64,000 bases of DNA from Thermodesulfobacteriota bacterium. Its GTDB lineage: Bacteria; Desulfobacterota_D; UBA1144; Nemesobacterales; Nemesobacteraceae. The notes beneath the pieces are model-generated. The model saw only the letters and a list, made by a program, of their open reading frames with translations, did not search any database and was not told where the DNA came from. Positions 10,297 to 19,513 of this stretch are shown piece after piece. Both the position numbers and the translations under genes were made by a program. Location: positions 1,440,001 through 1,504,000 of the forward strand of contig OZ241855.1 in the NCBI GenBank assembly GCA_965202785.1, given 5' to 3'. Numbering within the stretch: position 1 is the stretch's first letter; each line of letters begins with the position of its first letter.

Positions 10297-11607
10297 TTGA
10301 ACCCTGACAACCCCGGTCTTTTCAGACCTAAAAAAGAATCTCTTCCTCTTCCCGAGAGAATGAGACCCGAGAGTATACAAGAAATGGTAGGTCAGGAGCA
10401 TCTGATAGGACCTGAAGGGCTTGTTACGAAAACTCTTGAAGCCGGAGGAGTGCATTCCATGATATTCTGGGGTCCTCCTGGGACGGGTAAAACGACTCTT
10501 TCAAGGCTTATCGCGGGCAGGGCGGGCGCAAGATTCATACAGATAAATGCGATTTCCTCCGGAGTCAGGGAACTTAGGGATATCGTAGCGGACGCGAGGG
10601 ATGCCCTTTACTCCGGGCGCAAGACCGTGCTTTTCATTGACGAGATACACAGATTCAACAAGGCACAGCAGGCGGCGCTTCTAAAAAGCGTCGAAGAAGG
10701 GGTCTTGGTGCTTATAGGGGCTACCACTGAGAATCCTTCGTTTGAAGTCATAAGTCCTCTTCTTTCCCGCTGTCAGGTTTATGTTCTTGATCCGCTTTCG
10801 GCACAGGACCTTGAACACATACTCGAAAAAGCTTTCTCCGAGGAAAAACTTATCGGGGATACCAATATCTCGGTTGAGGCTCGTGGCGAACTCATCGCTC
10901 TTTGCGGTGGAGACGCCAGAGTCATGCTGAACGCTCTTGAAGTCGCCTCTTCCCTTGTTCGTTCAAAGGAACTTTCCGAGATTGATACCGATCTGGTAAA
11001 GGAAATTTTTCAGAAAACCGGCCTTCTCTACGACAGGGCTGGGGAGGAGCACTACAATACGATTTCCGCTTTCATAAAAAGCGTCAGGGGAAGCGACCCC
11101 GACGCGGCGGTCTATTATCTGGCCAGAATGCTTGAGGCGGGAGAGGATCCGAAGTTCATCGCCAGGCGTCTTGTGATACTTGCTTCAGAGGATATTGGAA
11201 ACGCCGAACCTTACGCGCTTACCCTTGCGACCGACTGCTTCACGGCGGTTAATTACGTGGGGATGCCTGAGAGCAGGATAATCCTCTCTCAGGTTACAAC
11301 CTATCTTGCAAGCTGTCCCAAGAGTAACGCTGCATACAGGGCGATAAAGAAGGCCGAAAACGATGTGAGAAAAAATCCGGGACTCCAGATTCCGCTTCAC
11401 CTGAGAAACGCCCCCACGAAACTCATGAAGGATCTCGGCTACAAAAAGGGCTACAAGTACGCCCACGACTACGAAGACCATTTTGTCGAAGACGATTTTC
11501 TTCCCGAGGAGATAAAAGACAGCGTTTACTACGAACCCACGGACAAGGGAAGGGAGGCGAATCTCAAGAAGTATCTGGATGCCAGGTGGAAAAAGAGAAA
11601 AAAGTGA
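10297..11607 (+). CDS. rarA: Replication-associated recombination protein A (AAA+ ATPase)
   Basis: PLPERMRP, GPPGTGKT, FIDEIHRFNKAQQ, GATTENPSF, SEDIGNA, PLHLRNAPT; start uncertain. Confidence 0.96.
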   Translation: MNPDNPGLFRPKKESLPLPERMRPESIQEMVGQEHLIGPEGLVTKTLEAGGVHSMIFWGPPGTGKTTLSRLIAGRAGARFIQINAISSGVRELRDIVADARDALYSGRKTVLFIDEIHRFNKAQQAALLKSVEEGVLVLIGATTENPSFEVISPLLSRCQVYVLDPLSAQDLEHILEKAFSEEKLIGDTNISVEARGELIALCGGDARVMLNALEVASSLVRSKELSEIDTDLVKEIFQKTGLLYDRAGEEHYNTISAFIKSVRGSDPDAAVYYLARMLEAGEDPKFIARRLVILASEDIGNAEPYALTLATDCFTAVNYVGMPESRIILSQVTTYLASCPKSNAAYRAIKKAENDVRKNPGLQIPLHLRNAPTKLMKDLGYKKGYKYAHDYEDHFVEDDFLPEEIKDSVYYEPTDKGREANLKKYLDARWKKRKK

Positions 11608-11616
11608 CTGGGAAGA

Positions 11617-12021
11617 TCAGCCTTTTCTCTCTATAAGTTCGATTTTATAGGAATCGGGATCTTCGACGAAAGCTATCACTGTGGCTCCGTGTTTCATGGG
11701 CCCCGGAGCTCTGGTTACCCGCCCGCCAGCCTGTTCTATTTTCTCGCACGTCGCGTATATGTCCTCGACCCCGAACGCCATGTGTCCGTAGCCCTCTCCA
11801 AGTTCATAATGGGAGGTGCCCCAGTTATATGTAAGTTCAAGAAAAGGCTCCGTATCGCCGCCGTAACCCAGAAAGGCTAGTGTGAAGCGGCCTTCCGGAT
11901 AATCGGTTTTTCTGTGAAATTTAAGACCTATTACCTCAGTATAAAACGCGATTGACTTCTCAAGGTCGCCAACCCTTATCATTGTGTGAAGATATTGGGG
12001 AATTATATGCGATTCTACCAT
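11617..12021 (-). CDS. gloA: Lactoylglutathione lyase (glyoxalase I)
   Basis: [35 protein letters not shown]: all four metal ligands (H,E,H,E) present. Confidence 0.95.
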   Translation of the reverse strand: MVESHIIPQYLHTMIRVGDLEKSIAFYTEVIGLKFHRKTDYPEGRFTLAFLGYGGDTEPFLELTYNWGTSHYELGEGYGHMAFGVEDIYATCEKIEQAGGRVTRAPGPMKHGATVIAFVEDPDSYKIELIERKG

Positions 12022-12170
12022 CAGACAGGGAGCCTCGCATCAATTTCACGGTTCACAGGGACTGTACTAATACCAGAACCCTCCCCATGCAGTCGCGCCA
12101 TTCCCAGACGCCGTATGTTCATTGCAGCGTTTGTGTCCGCATTGGAAGCAAACCCGCAATCAACACATAG
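11985..12170 (-). ncRNA. Predicted TnpB omega/reRNA (scaffold overlapping tnpB 3' end, guide in flanking DNA); boundaries inferred
   Basis: Position follows from established TnpB biology; only the terminal hairpin 12007-12040 is seen directly. Confidence 0.4.
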
Positions 12171-13285
12171 GAACCGTGCTTGAGATTTACGGTTCTCTCT
12201 ATCTGTATGCCCGCATTCGGAGCATGTCTGACTCGTATATGCGGGATTTACTTTTATAATCCTCCCGCACTTGTATTCAAGATTCCTTTTGATTTCCCCG
12301 AATGCGGTATCAAGTATTACTCTGTTAAGACCCGCCTTCTTTCTCACGTTCTTCCCCGGATTCTCTACGGTTCCTTTGGCGGAAGCGGTCATGTTGTTTA
12401 CCTTCAGGTCCTCCACTATCGCTGTCCCGCATTTCTCCGCAATTTCCTTTGTGGTCTTGTGAATCCAGCTCTTGCGGATGTTCGCGATCTTCCTGCTTAC
12501 CTTTCGGAGCTTCTTCTTCGTATCCTTCCTTCTATTGGAACCCTTGACCTGCCGGGCCATCCTTCTCTGGTACCGCTTCCGCCTTCTCTCTTTTTTCTCT
12601 AGGTCAGGCAGGAAGTAGAAATGCCCGTCCGAGGTGGCGACCTGCCGTGCATTCATGTCAATGCCTAGGACCTCCCCCACATCGGGTTGTCTCTTTACTT
12701 CCACTTCATAGAAGACAAAGGCTCTCCACCGGTGTCCGTCGTGGCGGAGCACCACCTGCTTGGGCGTGCTATTCTCATAAGGGTTCCCGCCCCTTCGGGT
12801 GAGCTTCATCCAGCCGACCAAGGGAACGCGAAGCAGGGAGTACTTCCCGTCAAGTTTCCTTATCCTGAAATTGCCCGTGTCGGGGAGTGTGAAGCCGGGG
12901 AAGGTCTTTGCCCTGCTCTTGGGTTTCGGGAAGCCTTTGTTGCCCGCTGTCGCTTCTTTAAGTGCGTCCGCAAAATACTTGAGGGAGTATCTGACCGGAG
13001 CAAAGGGAAGTTCTTGAAGCCAGTCCGTCTCATTCCTCAGCTTGGTGAACTCCATGCTGAGACTGAAGAAGCTGATCCACGGTCTCCTCCCTTTGCTGTG
13101 CTTGAATGCTTGATAGTCGGCAAGGTTCTTGTTGCGGAAATGGTTCCAGACGTACCGACAGGCTCCCGCAATCTGGAACATCTTCCTTGCCTTCGCTTTC
13201 GTGGTAGGCAGGACGAGAAACTCCACTGTGCGTATTTCCTTAATCATTACAGTGCATTATACCCGATCCCGGTAGGATTATATAT
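12000..13285 (-). mobile_element. Non-autonomous IS200/IS605-related (IS1341-like) element carrying only tnpB; ends approximate
   Basis: Solo tnpB with no tnpA; ATGCGA/TCGCAT inverted repeat at 12007-12040 near the 3' end; small hairpin around 13260-13278 near the 5' end. Confidence 0.6.
12021..13247 (-). CDS. tnpB: RNA-guided endonuclease TnpB
   Basis: N-terminal HTH (GACRYVWN), RuvC-I LGIDMN, RuvC-II IVEDL, CSECG/CVDCG zinc finger, Ruv[14 protein letters not shown]. Confidence 0.95.
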   Translation of the reverse strand: MIKEIRTVEFLVLPTTKAKARKMFQIAGACRYVWNHFRNKNLADYQAFKHSKGRRPWISFFSLSMEFTKLRNETDWLQELPFAPVRYSLKYFADALKEATAGNKGFPKPKSRAKTFPGFTLPDTGNFRIRKLDGKYSLLRVPLVGWMKLTRRGGNPYENSTPKQVVLRHDGHRWRAFVFYEVEVKRQPDVGEVLGIDMNARQVATSDGHFYFLPDLEKKERRRKRYQRRMARQVKGSNRRKDTKKKLRKVSRKIANIRKSWIHKTTKEIAEKCGTAIVEDLKVNNMTASAKGTVENPGKNVRKKAGLNRVILDTAFGEIKRNLEYKCGRIIKVNPAYTSQTCSECGHTDRENRKSQARFLCVDCGFASNADTNAAMNIRRLGMARLHGEGSGISTVPVNREIDARLPV

Positions 13286-13342
13286 AATTCTTATTATACT
13301 CTTGTGATCTCCTGAGCGATAAATAGACCAGAGGCGTGTGAG

Positions 13343-13483
13343 ATGACCGGAAAGAAAGTCAAAAAACCGAAAACCAGAAAGCCTGTAGCCAAGAAACCCG
13401 GCAAGGTTATCCCCTCGAGAAAAGATGTCGAGACCAAGAAAAGATTCAGGAAACCGGACTGGGAAAAGGAAATCAAGAAATAA
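13343..13483 (+). CDS. Small lysine-rich basic protein (46 aa), not in the ORF track
   Basis: GAGG 8 nt upstream of ATG; MTGKKVKKPKTRKPVAKKPGKVIPSRKDVETKKRFRKPDWEKEIKK; stop 4 nt before the next ATG. Confidence 0.65.
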   Translation: MTGKKVKKPKTRKPVAKKPGKVIPSRKDVETKKRFRKPDWEKEIKK

Positions 13484-13487
13484 GCTC

Positions 13488-14543
13488 ATGGGGACTTCCG
13501 AGAACTTAAAAGCGGGGATAACCGGGGCGACGGGTTTTATCGGCGGCAAGCTCGCTGAAAAACTCGCAGATGACGGCTTTTCAATAAAATGCCTCGTAAG
13601 GGAAACAAGCGATACCGAGAAGCTGCGTTCCCTGGGTGCGGAGCTTGTCCACGGAGACCTTTGCGACTCCAGTTCGCTTCAAGCTTTTCCGGAAGAGTGC
13701 GATTACGTTTTTCATCTTGCTTCCAAAGTTTCTGACTGGGGACCGAGGGATGATTTTTTCAGGCAGAACGTTGAGGCGACGGAAACTCTTCTTGACTCTT
13801 CACGCGAGGCTGGGGTGAAAAGGTTCGTCTACATGAGTTCCTCTACCGTGATCTGGAATGCTTCTTTTCTGGGGACTGTCAACCTCAAGGATATAGATGA
13901 GACTTATCCCTACCCAAAGAGCCACCATAATTTTTATAATGAAACCAAGGCCTTATCCGAAAAACTTGTGAGAGAATATAACGGACGGGGAGGTATGGAA
14001 ACGGTCATATTAAGACCGTCAAACGTCTGGGGAGCCGGCGACACGGTCATACTTCCCAGAATAGCCGATGCCTGCCTGAAGGGGCTTTTGGTTAACATGG
14101 GTTTCAACAAAAAAATCGTTTCTCCATGCCATGTACTTAATCTGGTTCACGCCGCGGTGCTCTCGGCTCTTTCTCCCGCCGGAGCGGGCAATATCTACTT
14201 TGTAAACGATGGGGCGCGGATTGATAACCGCCGTTTTGTCTCAGATCAACTCTCTTCAATAGGAATTAAGTGGGAGACGGGAATCACCATACCTTATACC
14301 CTCGGGTATGCGGTTGCCTTCATTCTTGAGAAAATCTTTGAATTCAGGAAATCAAAAACTCCTCCTGTGCTTACCCGCTTCGGCGTTTCCGCTCTTTCAA
14401 AAAGTAGAACCTACAGCATAGAGAAGGCTAGAGGGGATTTAGGGTATGAACCGGTGTGCGGTTATGAGGAGGGAATGAAAGGGCTTGGGAAGTGGATTTC
14501 AGAGATCGGCGGTTATGAAAAACTCTTGGGAAAAGGGGAATGA
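13488..14543 (+). CDS. NAD-dependent epimerase/dehydratase (extended SDR, 3-beta-HSD-like)
   Basis: ITGATGFIGG, YNETK (YxxxK), LRPSNVWG; ATG at 13488 preferred. Confidence 0.9.
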   Translation: MGTSENLKAGITGATGFIGGKLAEKLADDGFSIKCLVRETSDTEKLRSLGAELVHGDLCDSSSLQAFPEECDYVFHLASKVSDWGPRDDFFRQNVEATETLLDSSREAGVKRFVYMSSSTVIWNASFLGTVNLKDIDETYPYPKSHHNFYNETKALSEKLVREYNGRGGMETVILRPSNVWGAGDTVILPRIADACLKGLLVNMGFNKKIVSPCHVLNLVHAAVLSALSPAGAGNIYFVNDGARIDNRRFVSDQLSSIGIKWETGITIPYTLGYAVAFILEKIFEFRKSKTPPVLTRFGVSALSKSRTYSIEKARGDLGYEPVCGYEEGMKGLGKWISEIGGYEKLLGKGE

Positions 14544-14544
14544 T

Positions 14545-15267
14545 ATGCAGAGCGGCACCTTTGCGATAGAAACCAGAGGACTTGAAAAGCAGTTCGGGTT
14601 TTTCCCCGTGCTTATGGGAGTAGATCTTGCCGTCAAGCAGGGGGAGTTTCTCACAATCTTCGGTCCCAATGGCGCCGGAAAGTCCACCTTGCTTTCTATT
14701 CTTTCGACTTTTATAAAACCCGGAGGTGGAGAGGTCCTTATAGCGGGTTTTGACGTTTCGAGGGAAAAGCAGCGAATAAGGAAGCTGATAGGCTTCATCT
14801 CCCATAACACGATGCTTTATGAAAACCTTACCGCCTTGGAGAACCTCGAATTTATAGGTGCGTTCTATGACGTGACGGATCTTAAGGAGAAATGCTTAGA
14901 TATTCTTCAGAAAGTAGAACTGTATGCTAAAAAGGACGCGCTTGTAAGCACCCTTTCTTTCGGGACGCGCCAGCGTCTTGCTATTGCCAGGACGCTTCTT
15001 CACGACCCGCGGATACTTTTTCTGGATGAACCGTACAGCGGGCTTGATTACGGCGGAGCCGCCATTCTTACTTCGATTCTCGGTTCAATGAAAGCGGACA
15101 AAACCATAGTCATGACGACCCATAATGTCTACGAGGGGCTTTCCCTGTGCGACAAGGTTGCGATTCTTGATCATGGAGAGGTGGTCTATCGGTCTGCACA
15201 GAAACCCGCCCGCGATGAGTTTCAGGATATTTACATGTCTTGCGTCAGAAGCGGTGGCGGGCAGTGA
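14545..15267 (+). CDS. ccmA: Heme exporter ATP-binding protein CcmA
   Basis: GPNGAGKST, LSFGTRQR, LDEP, TTH; first gene of the ccm block. Confidence 0.9.
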   Translation: MQSGTFAIETRGLEKQFGFFPVLMGVDLAVKQGEFLTIFGPNGAGKSTLLSILSTFIKPGGGEVLIAGFDVSREKQRIRKLIGFISHNTMLYENLTALENLEFIGAFYDVTDLKEKCLDILQKVELYAKKDALVSTLSFGTRQRLAIARTLLHDPRILFLDEPYSGLDYGGAAILTSILGSMKADKTIVMTTHNVYEGLSLCDKVAILDHGEVVYRSAQKPARDEFQDIYMSCVRSGGGQ

Positions 15268-15962
15268 AAAAGATACTTCTTATATTCAGAAAGGATTTCT
15301 TGGTGGAGTGGCGTTCAAAGCAGATATTCCCCACGATGTTCGTATTTTCGCTTCTGCTTCTTCTGGTATTCAATGTTGCTTTTGAGTTTCGCTCGGATAT
15401 TGATTTCCGGACTGTATCGGCCGTTATATGGATAACCTTTATTTTTTCGGGCTTGCTGGCTCTTGGAAGATCTTTTTCGCTTGAAAAGGAAAATAATGCC
15501 TTTGCGTTTCTTCTTCTGACTCCTGTAAGCAGAAGCTATATCTATCTTGGAAAACTGCTTTCAAACGTAGTTATGGTCCTTGTATCGGAGCTTTTCATAC
15601 TTCCGCTTTTCCTTCTGTTTTTTCTTTTTGACGCAAAAGGAATTCCACTTTCACTGACGAGTGTCATACTTCCTTTTCTCGGGGTTATGGTGCTTGGAAC
15701 GATAGGATTTGTCTCTCTTGGCACCTTCTTTTCTTCGATGGCTCTTAATACCAAGTTCCGTGATATGATGCTTCCCCTGCTGGTTTTTCCCCTCATCATA
15801 CCTGTTGTTATCACCTCAGTTGGAATATGCTCTTCAATACTGGAAGGAAGACCTCCAAGTTACTACGCTTTTTCTTTGCAGGTGCTGGTTTCCTTCGATA
15901 TAATCTTCATCCTTTTATGCTCTATTCTGTTTGAGTATCTTATTGAGGATAGCGGGGACTGA
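15264..15962 (+). CDS. ccmB: Heme exporter permease CcmB
   Basis: KDFLVEWRSK, SFSLEKEN, LPLLVFPLIIPV; six hydrophobic segments; GTG overlaps ccmA stop. Confidence 0.92.
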   Translation: MKKILLIFRKDFLVEWRSKQIFPTMFVFSLLLLLVFNVAFEFRSDIDFRTVSAVIWITFIFSGLLALGRSFSLEKENNAFAFLLLTPVSRSYIYLGKLLSNVVMVLVSELFILPLFLLFFLFDAKGIPLSLTSVILPFLGVMVLGTIGFVSLGTFFSSMALNTKFRDMMLPLLVFPLIIPVVITSVGICSSILEGRPPSYYAFSLQVLVSFDIIFILLCSILFEYLIEDSGD

Positions 15963-15982
15963 CCCGTTTCCTTTTAAAAAAA

Positions 15983-16642
15983 ATGCGAAACATACTGTTT
16001 TTCCTGACGTTTGCGCTGATGGTTCTTGCTACCTGGATGACGCTTTTTTACGCGCCTACAGAGGTAGTTATGGGTCATGTGCAGAGGATCTTCTATTTCC
16101 ATATGGGTACGGTCTGGGCCGCCACGGTTGCGTTTACGGTGGTTTTCGTGGCGAGCATCTACTACTTGGTAAAAGAGACGGCGAAATGGGATACGCTCGC
16201 CTACTGCTCGGCCGAGATAGGCATGCTGCTTCTTACCCTTACGATCATCACCGGGAGCATATGGGCAAAACCGGTCTGGGGAACCTGGTGGACGTGGGAT
16301 CCGCAGCTGACGACCACGTTTATCCTCTGGGTTCTCTACGCTGTTTATCTGATTTTGCGCTCCGGTGCCGGTGGAGGTGGGAAGAAGGCAAGATACTCGG
16401 CCATATTCGCCATAATAGCCTACGTGGACCTTCCCGTGGTCTATGTCTCGGCCCGTATAAAAAGGGGCATATCGCCCGTGGTCTTCGGACCTGGGGGAGG
16501 GGGCATAGATCCCGCCATGATGCACACCCTTTTGGTCACGCTGCTGGGATTCACGCTTCTTTTCGTTTTACTTCTTGGCGAAAGAACAAGGATAATGAAC
16601 ATGGAAAATTCTCTTTACGCCCGGGGCGGGCAAGGCGGGTAA
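15983..16642 (+). CDS. ccmC: Heme exporter/cytochrome c assembly protein CcmC
   Basis: IFYFH and WWD motif WAKPVWGTWWTWDP. Confidence 0.93.
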   Translation: MRNILFFLTFALMVLATWMTLFYAPTEVVMGHVQRIFYFHMGTVWAATVAFTVVFVASIYYLVKETAKWDTLAYCSAEIGMLLLTLTIITGSIWAKPVWGTWWTWDPQLTTTFILWVLYAVYLILRSGAGGGGKKARYSAIFAIIAYVDLPVVYVSARIKRGISPVVFGPGGGGIDPAMMHTLLVTLLGFTLLFVLLLGERTRIMNMENSLYARGGQGG

Positions 16643-16648
16643 TCTGAG

Positions 16649-16789
16649 ATGGAATATTTTCTCTGGTCAAGCATAGTGGTCTGGGGTTCGCTTATCGCTT
16701 ACGTGCTCTACCTGCGCGCGAAGTCAGATTCGGTAAGGAAAAAGCTGCTCTCAGGCGGGGACGGCCCCGGAAGCGGAGGTGAAGGTTGA
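16649..16789 (+). CDS. ccmD: CcmD small membrane protein (46 aa), not in the ORF track
   Basis: MEYFLWSSIVVWGSLIAYVLYLRAKSDSVRKKL...: one TM helix then basic tail, between ccmC and ccmE; stop overlaps ccmE start. Confidence 0.8.
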   Translation: MEYFLWSSIVVWGSLIAYVLYLRAKSDSVRKKLLSGGDGPGSGGEG

Positions 16790-17196
16790 AGGGTAAGCTC
16801 AAATTCATTCTGCCTCTTTTGGTGATAGTTTCTTTGATTTCCTGGCTTGTCTTCGCGGGAGTCAAGGATTCCATGGTCTACTACATAACGGTTGACGAAC
16901 TGCTGGAGGACGTTCCGGACATCTACGGACAGAAGGTAAGGGTTTCTGGAACCGTGGTTCACGGTTCAATAAAGAATGAGCTAGATGATTCGCTTCGGTT
17001 TACCATAGCGGACGGGAAGGGTGAAATCGACGTCGAGTACGACGGCATAATTCCCGACATATTCACAGACGGGGTTGAGGCGGTCGTTGAGGGCAAGTTC
17101 TCAGCCGATAACGTCTTTGAGGCGGACCTGCTGCTTGCGAAGTGTCCCACCAAGTATGAATCAGAAGAAGCCCCCTACCAGAGAAAAGAAGGTTAA
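16786..17196 (+). CDS. ccmE: Heme chaperone CcmE, CxxxY type
   Basis: N-terminal anchor, VYYITV, YDGIIPDIF, VVEG, LAKCPTKY. Confidence 0.95.
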   Translation: MKGKLKFILPLLVIVSLISWLVFAGVKDSMVYYITVDELLEDVPDIYGQKVRVSGTVVHGSIKNELDDSLRFTIADGKGEIDVEYDGIIPDIFTDGVEAVVEGKFSADNVFEADLLLAKCPTKYESEEAPYQRKEG

Positions 17197-17198
17197 CA

Positions 17199-19157
17199 AT
17201 GTCTGATCTAGGAAGTATAGCCATACTTCTTTCCTTCTTTATCACCATTTACAGTCTTGCTGCCTGCGCTGTTGGTGCGAGAACGGAGAGCCGCGCGTTT
17301 GCTCAAAGCGGCGGAAACGGTATTGTCTCGGCTGCCTTTCTTCTTCTGGTAGCGGTGTGCTGTCTTGTCTATGAGCTTGTGACGCTTGATTTCTCGCTCA
17401 GGTACGTGGCGCTTAACACGAGCACCGACCTTCCCGTGATATACAGGGTGACGGCTCTTTGGGCCGGACAGGCGGGTTCTTTGCTTCTCTGGAGTTTTAT
17501 TCTCTCCCTGTATATGGCCTTCGTAGTCCTAAGGAGCAGAAAAAAGGGCGGGGACCCTTACGTAAACGCCGTTTTGTGCGCCGTTTCCGTTTTCTTCCTT
17601 TTTCTCATCGCCTATGTGGAAGACCCCTTCGAGAAGCTTGGCGTGGCGGTCGGGGAAGGTAGGGGGCTTAATCCGATTCTCCAAAACGGATACATGGCCA
17701 TCCACCCGATCACTTTGTATGTGGGATACGTGGGTATCACGGTGCCTTTTGCTTTCGGCATAGCAGCCCTGCTTAGCGGGCGCCTCGGGGACGAATGGAT
17801 AAGGAACTGCAGAAAATACGCCCTTTTTTCCTGGATGTTTCTCTCCGCGGGGCTTCTTCTCGGGGCGAGGTGGGCTTATCTTGAACTCGGCTGGGGAGGA
17901 TACTGGGCCTGGGACCCGGTTGAGAACGCCGCGTTTATGCCTTGGCTTGCGGGAACTGCGTTTCTTCACTCCGTCATGATTCAGGAGAGAAAGGCGATGC
18001 TTAAGAAATGGAACATGATTCTGCTTATAATCACCTTTTTTCTCTCAATATTCGGCACTTTCATAACCAGAAGCGGCATAGTGTCCTCGGTTCACTCCTT
18101 TGCCCGCTCAGACATAGGCCCGCTTTTTCTCGGCTTCATGGTCTTCATACTGCTTTTTTCCTTCGCTCTTCTCATCTACAGGTCAAAAGAGCTCGAAAGC
18201 GAGGAGAGGTTCGATTCCGTGCTCTCAAGAGAAAGCGCCTTTCTCTTTAACAACCTCCTTTTTCTCGCGGCGGCGTTCTCCGTGTTTCTGGGAACGATTT
18301 TCCCCGTACTCTCGGAGGCTTTCACCGGGAAGAAGATTCTCGTCGGTCCTCCTTATTTCAATGCGGTAGGAGTGCCCATAGGACTTGTTCTTATCCTGCT
18401 GATGGGAATAGGTCCGCTTATATCGTGGAAAAAGGCTTCGACGGCGAACCTCAAGAGAAATTTCGTTTTTCCCGCGGTGGTTTTTGTGGTGGTTCTCTTG
18501 GCACTTCTTGTATTCGGTCTTAGGGAACCCGTGGCGCTTTTAAGTTTCGCGCTCTGCGGATTTGTCGCTGCGACAGTGTTTCTGGAGTATTTCAGGGGCA
18601 TAAGGGTACGCAGCGGCAGGGGGGAGAACCCGGTTTCGGCATTTTTTAACCTCATCTCAAGGAACCGCAGGCGCTACGGAGGGTATATCGTTCATCTGGG
18701 AGTGGTGCTTTTGGTAATAGGAATCACGGCTTCTTCGCTGTTCGTTACTCAGAAAGAAGTTATTTTGGGAAAAGGGGATTCCTTTTCTCTTGGAAGGTAC
18801 GATCTGGTTTTCCATGGAGTGAATTTCATTTCAAACGACGCCAAGGACGGATTTTCGGCGAAACTTTCGATCGAGAACAACGGTAAAAGCGTTGCAACCA
18901 TGTATCCCGAAAAAAATATCTACAAATACGAGGGGAACAGGGAGATAAACCAGGAAACTGAGGTCGCTCTTCGTTCCACTTTCAGAGACGATCTTTATCT
19001 GATACTGTCCGAGGTCGGTGGAGGAGGAAAGGTAAACATAAGGGCTCTTCTTAACCCGATGGTTAACTGGATATGGGCAGGAGGCTTTGTTATCGTCCTT
19101 GGAGCGATTGTCACGATGTGGCCCGAGGGACGAAGAAAAAAGGAGTCTAGCGCGTGA
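17199..19157 (+). CDS. ccmF: Cytochrome c heme lyase CcmF
   Basis: WAGQAGSLLLW, GLNPILQ, IHP, WGGYWAWDPVEN, FLHS, SVHSF, IVHLG. Confidence 0.97.
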   Translation: MSDLGSIAILLSFFITIYSLAACAVGARTESRAFAQSGGNGIVSAAFLLLVAVCCLVYELVTLDFSLRYVALNTSTDLPVIYRVTALWAGQAGSLLLWSFILSLYMAFVVLRSRKKGGDPYVNAVLCAVSVFFLFLIAYVEDPFEKLGVAVGEGRGLNPILQNGYMAIHPITLYVGYVGITVPFAFGIAALLSGRLGDEWIRNCRKYALFSWMFLSAGLLLGARWAYLELGWGGYWAWDPVENAAFMPWLAGTAFLHSVMIQERKAMLKKWNMILLIITFFLSIFGTFITRSGIVSSVHSFARSDIGPLFLGFMVFILLFSFALLIYRSKELESEERFDSVLSRESAFLFNNLLFLAAAFSVFLGTIFPVLSEAFTGKKILVGPPYFNAVGVPIGLVLILLMGIGPLISWKKASTANLKRNFVFPAVVFVVVLLALLVFGLREPVALLSFALCGFVAATVFLEYFRGIRVRSGRGENPVSAFFNLISRNRRRYGGYIVHLGVVLLVIGITASSLFVTQKEVILGKGDSFSLGRYDLVFHGVNFISNDAKDGFSAKLSIENNGKSVATMYPEKNIYKYEGNREINQETEVALRSTFRDDLYLILSEVGGGGKVNIRALLNPMVNWIWAGGFVIVLGAIVTMWPEGRRKKESSA

Positions 19158-19501
19158 GTGAATACGTAATTTCTCTTCTGCTTGTGGTGCTGGTCTCGGT
19201 TTTTACCCTTTACCCTCTTTTTCTGGGTCGCAGGAAGCCGGGCGTAACGGATAGTTCCGAGGTTAGCCGGCTTGAGCAGCTTTACGAGAGAAGAGACCTT
19301 TATTATTCCTCCATAAAGGACATAGAGCTTGACCGTGATATGGGCAAACTCAGCGAGCAGGACTACGCCGAGCTTATATCAAGGTACAAGGAGAAAGCGG
19401 CGAGTGTTACAAAGCTGATATCGGAACTTCAATCGACGGAGAAAAACGAAAAAACCGAAGAGGAAATGAAGACATCTCCTTTTGAGACTCCCGTTTCGTA
19501 A
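19154..19501 (+). CDS. CcmI N-terminal-like membrane-anchored coiled-coil protein
   Basis: TM helix followed by IKDIELDRDMGKLSEQDY pattern; overlaps ccmF stop. Confidence 0.7.
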   Translation: MSEYVISLLLVVLVSVFTLYPLFLGRRKPGVTDSSEVSRLEQLYERRDLYYSSIKDIELDRDMGKLSEQDYAELISRYKEKAASVTKLISELQSTEKNEKTEEEMKTSPFETPVS

Positions 19502-19513
19502 TCTGCTGGAACC

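Noticed and set aside
12021-13247. Nuclease-dead TldR-type regulator
   Set aside because: All three RuvC acidic residues are present
12021-13300. IStron (group I intron) or Cas12f/CRISPR interpretation of the TnpB locus
   Set aside because: No room for an intron core upstream of tnpB, and no repeat-spacer array or cas genes
15931-16647. 238-aa same-strand ORF overlapping ccmC
   Set aside because: Alternative frame of ccmC with no recognisable features
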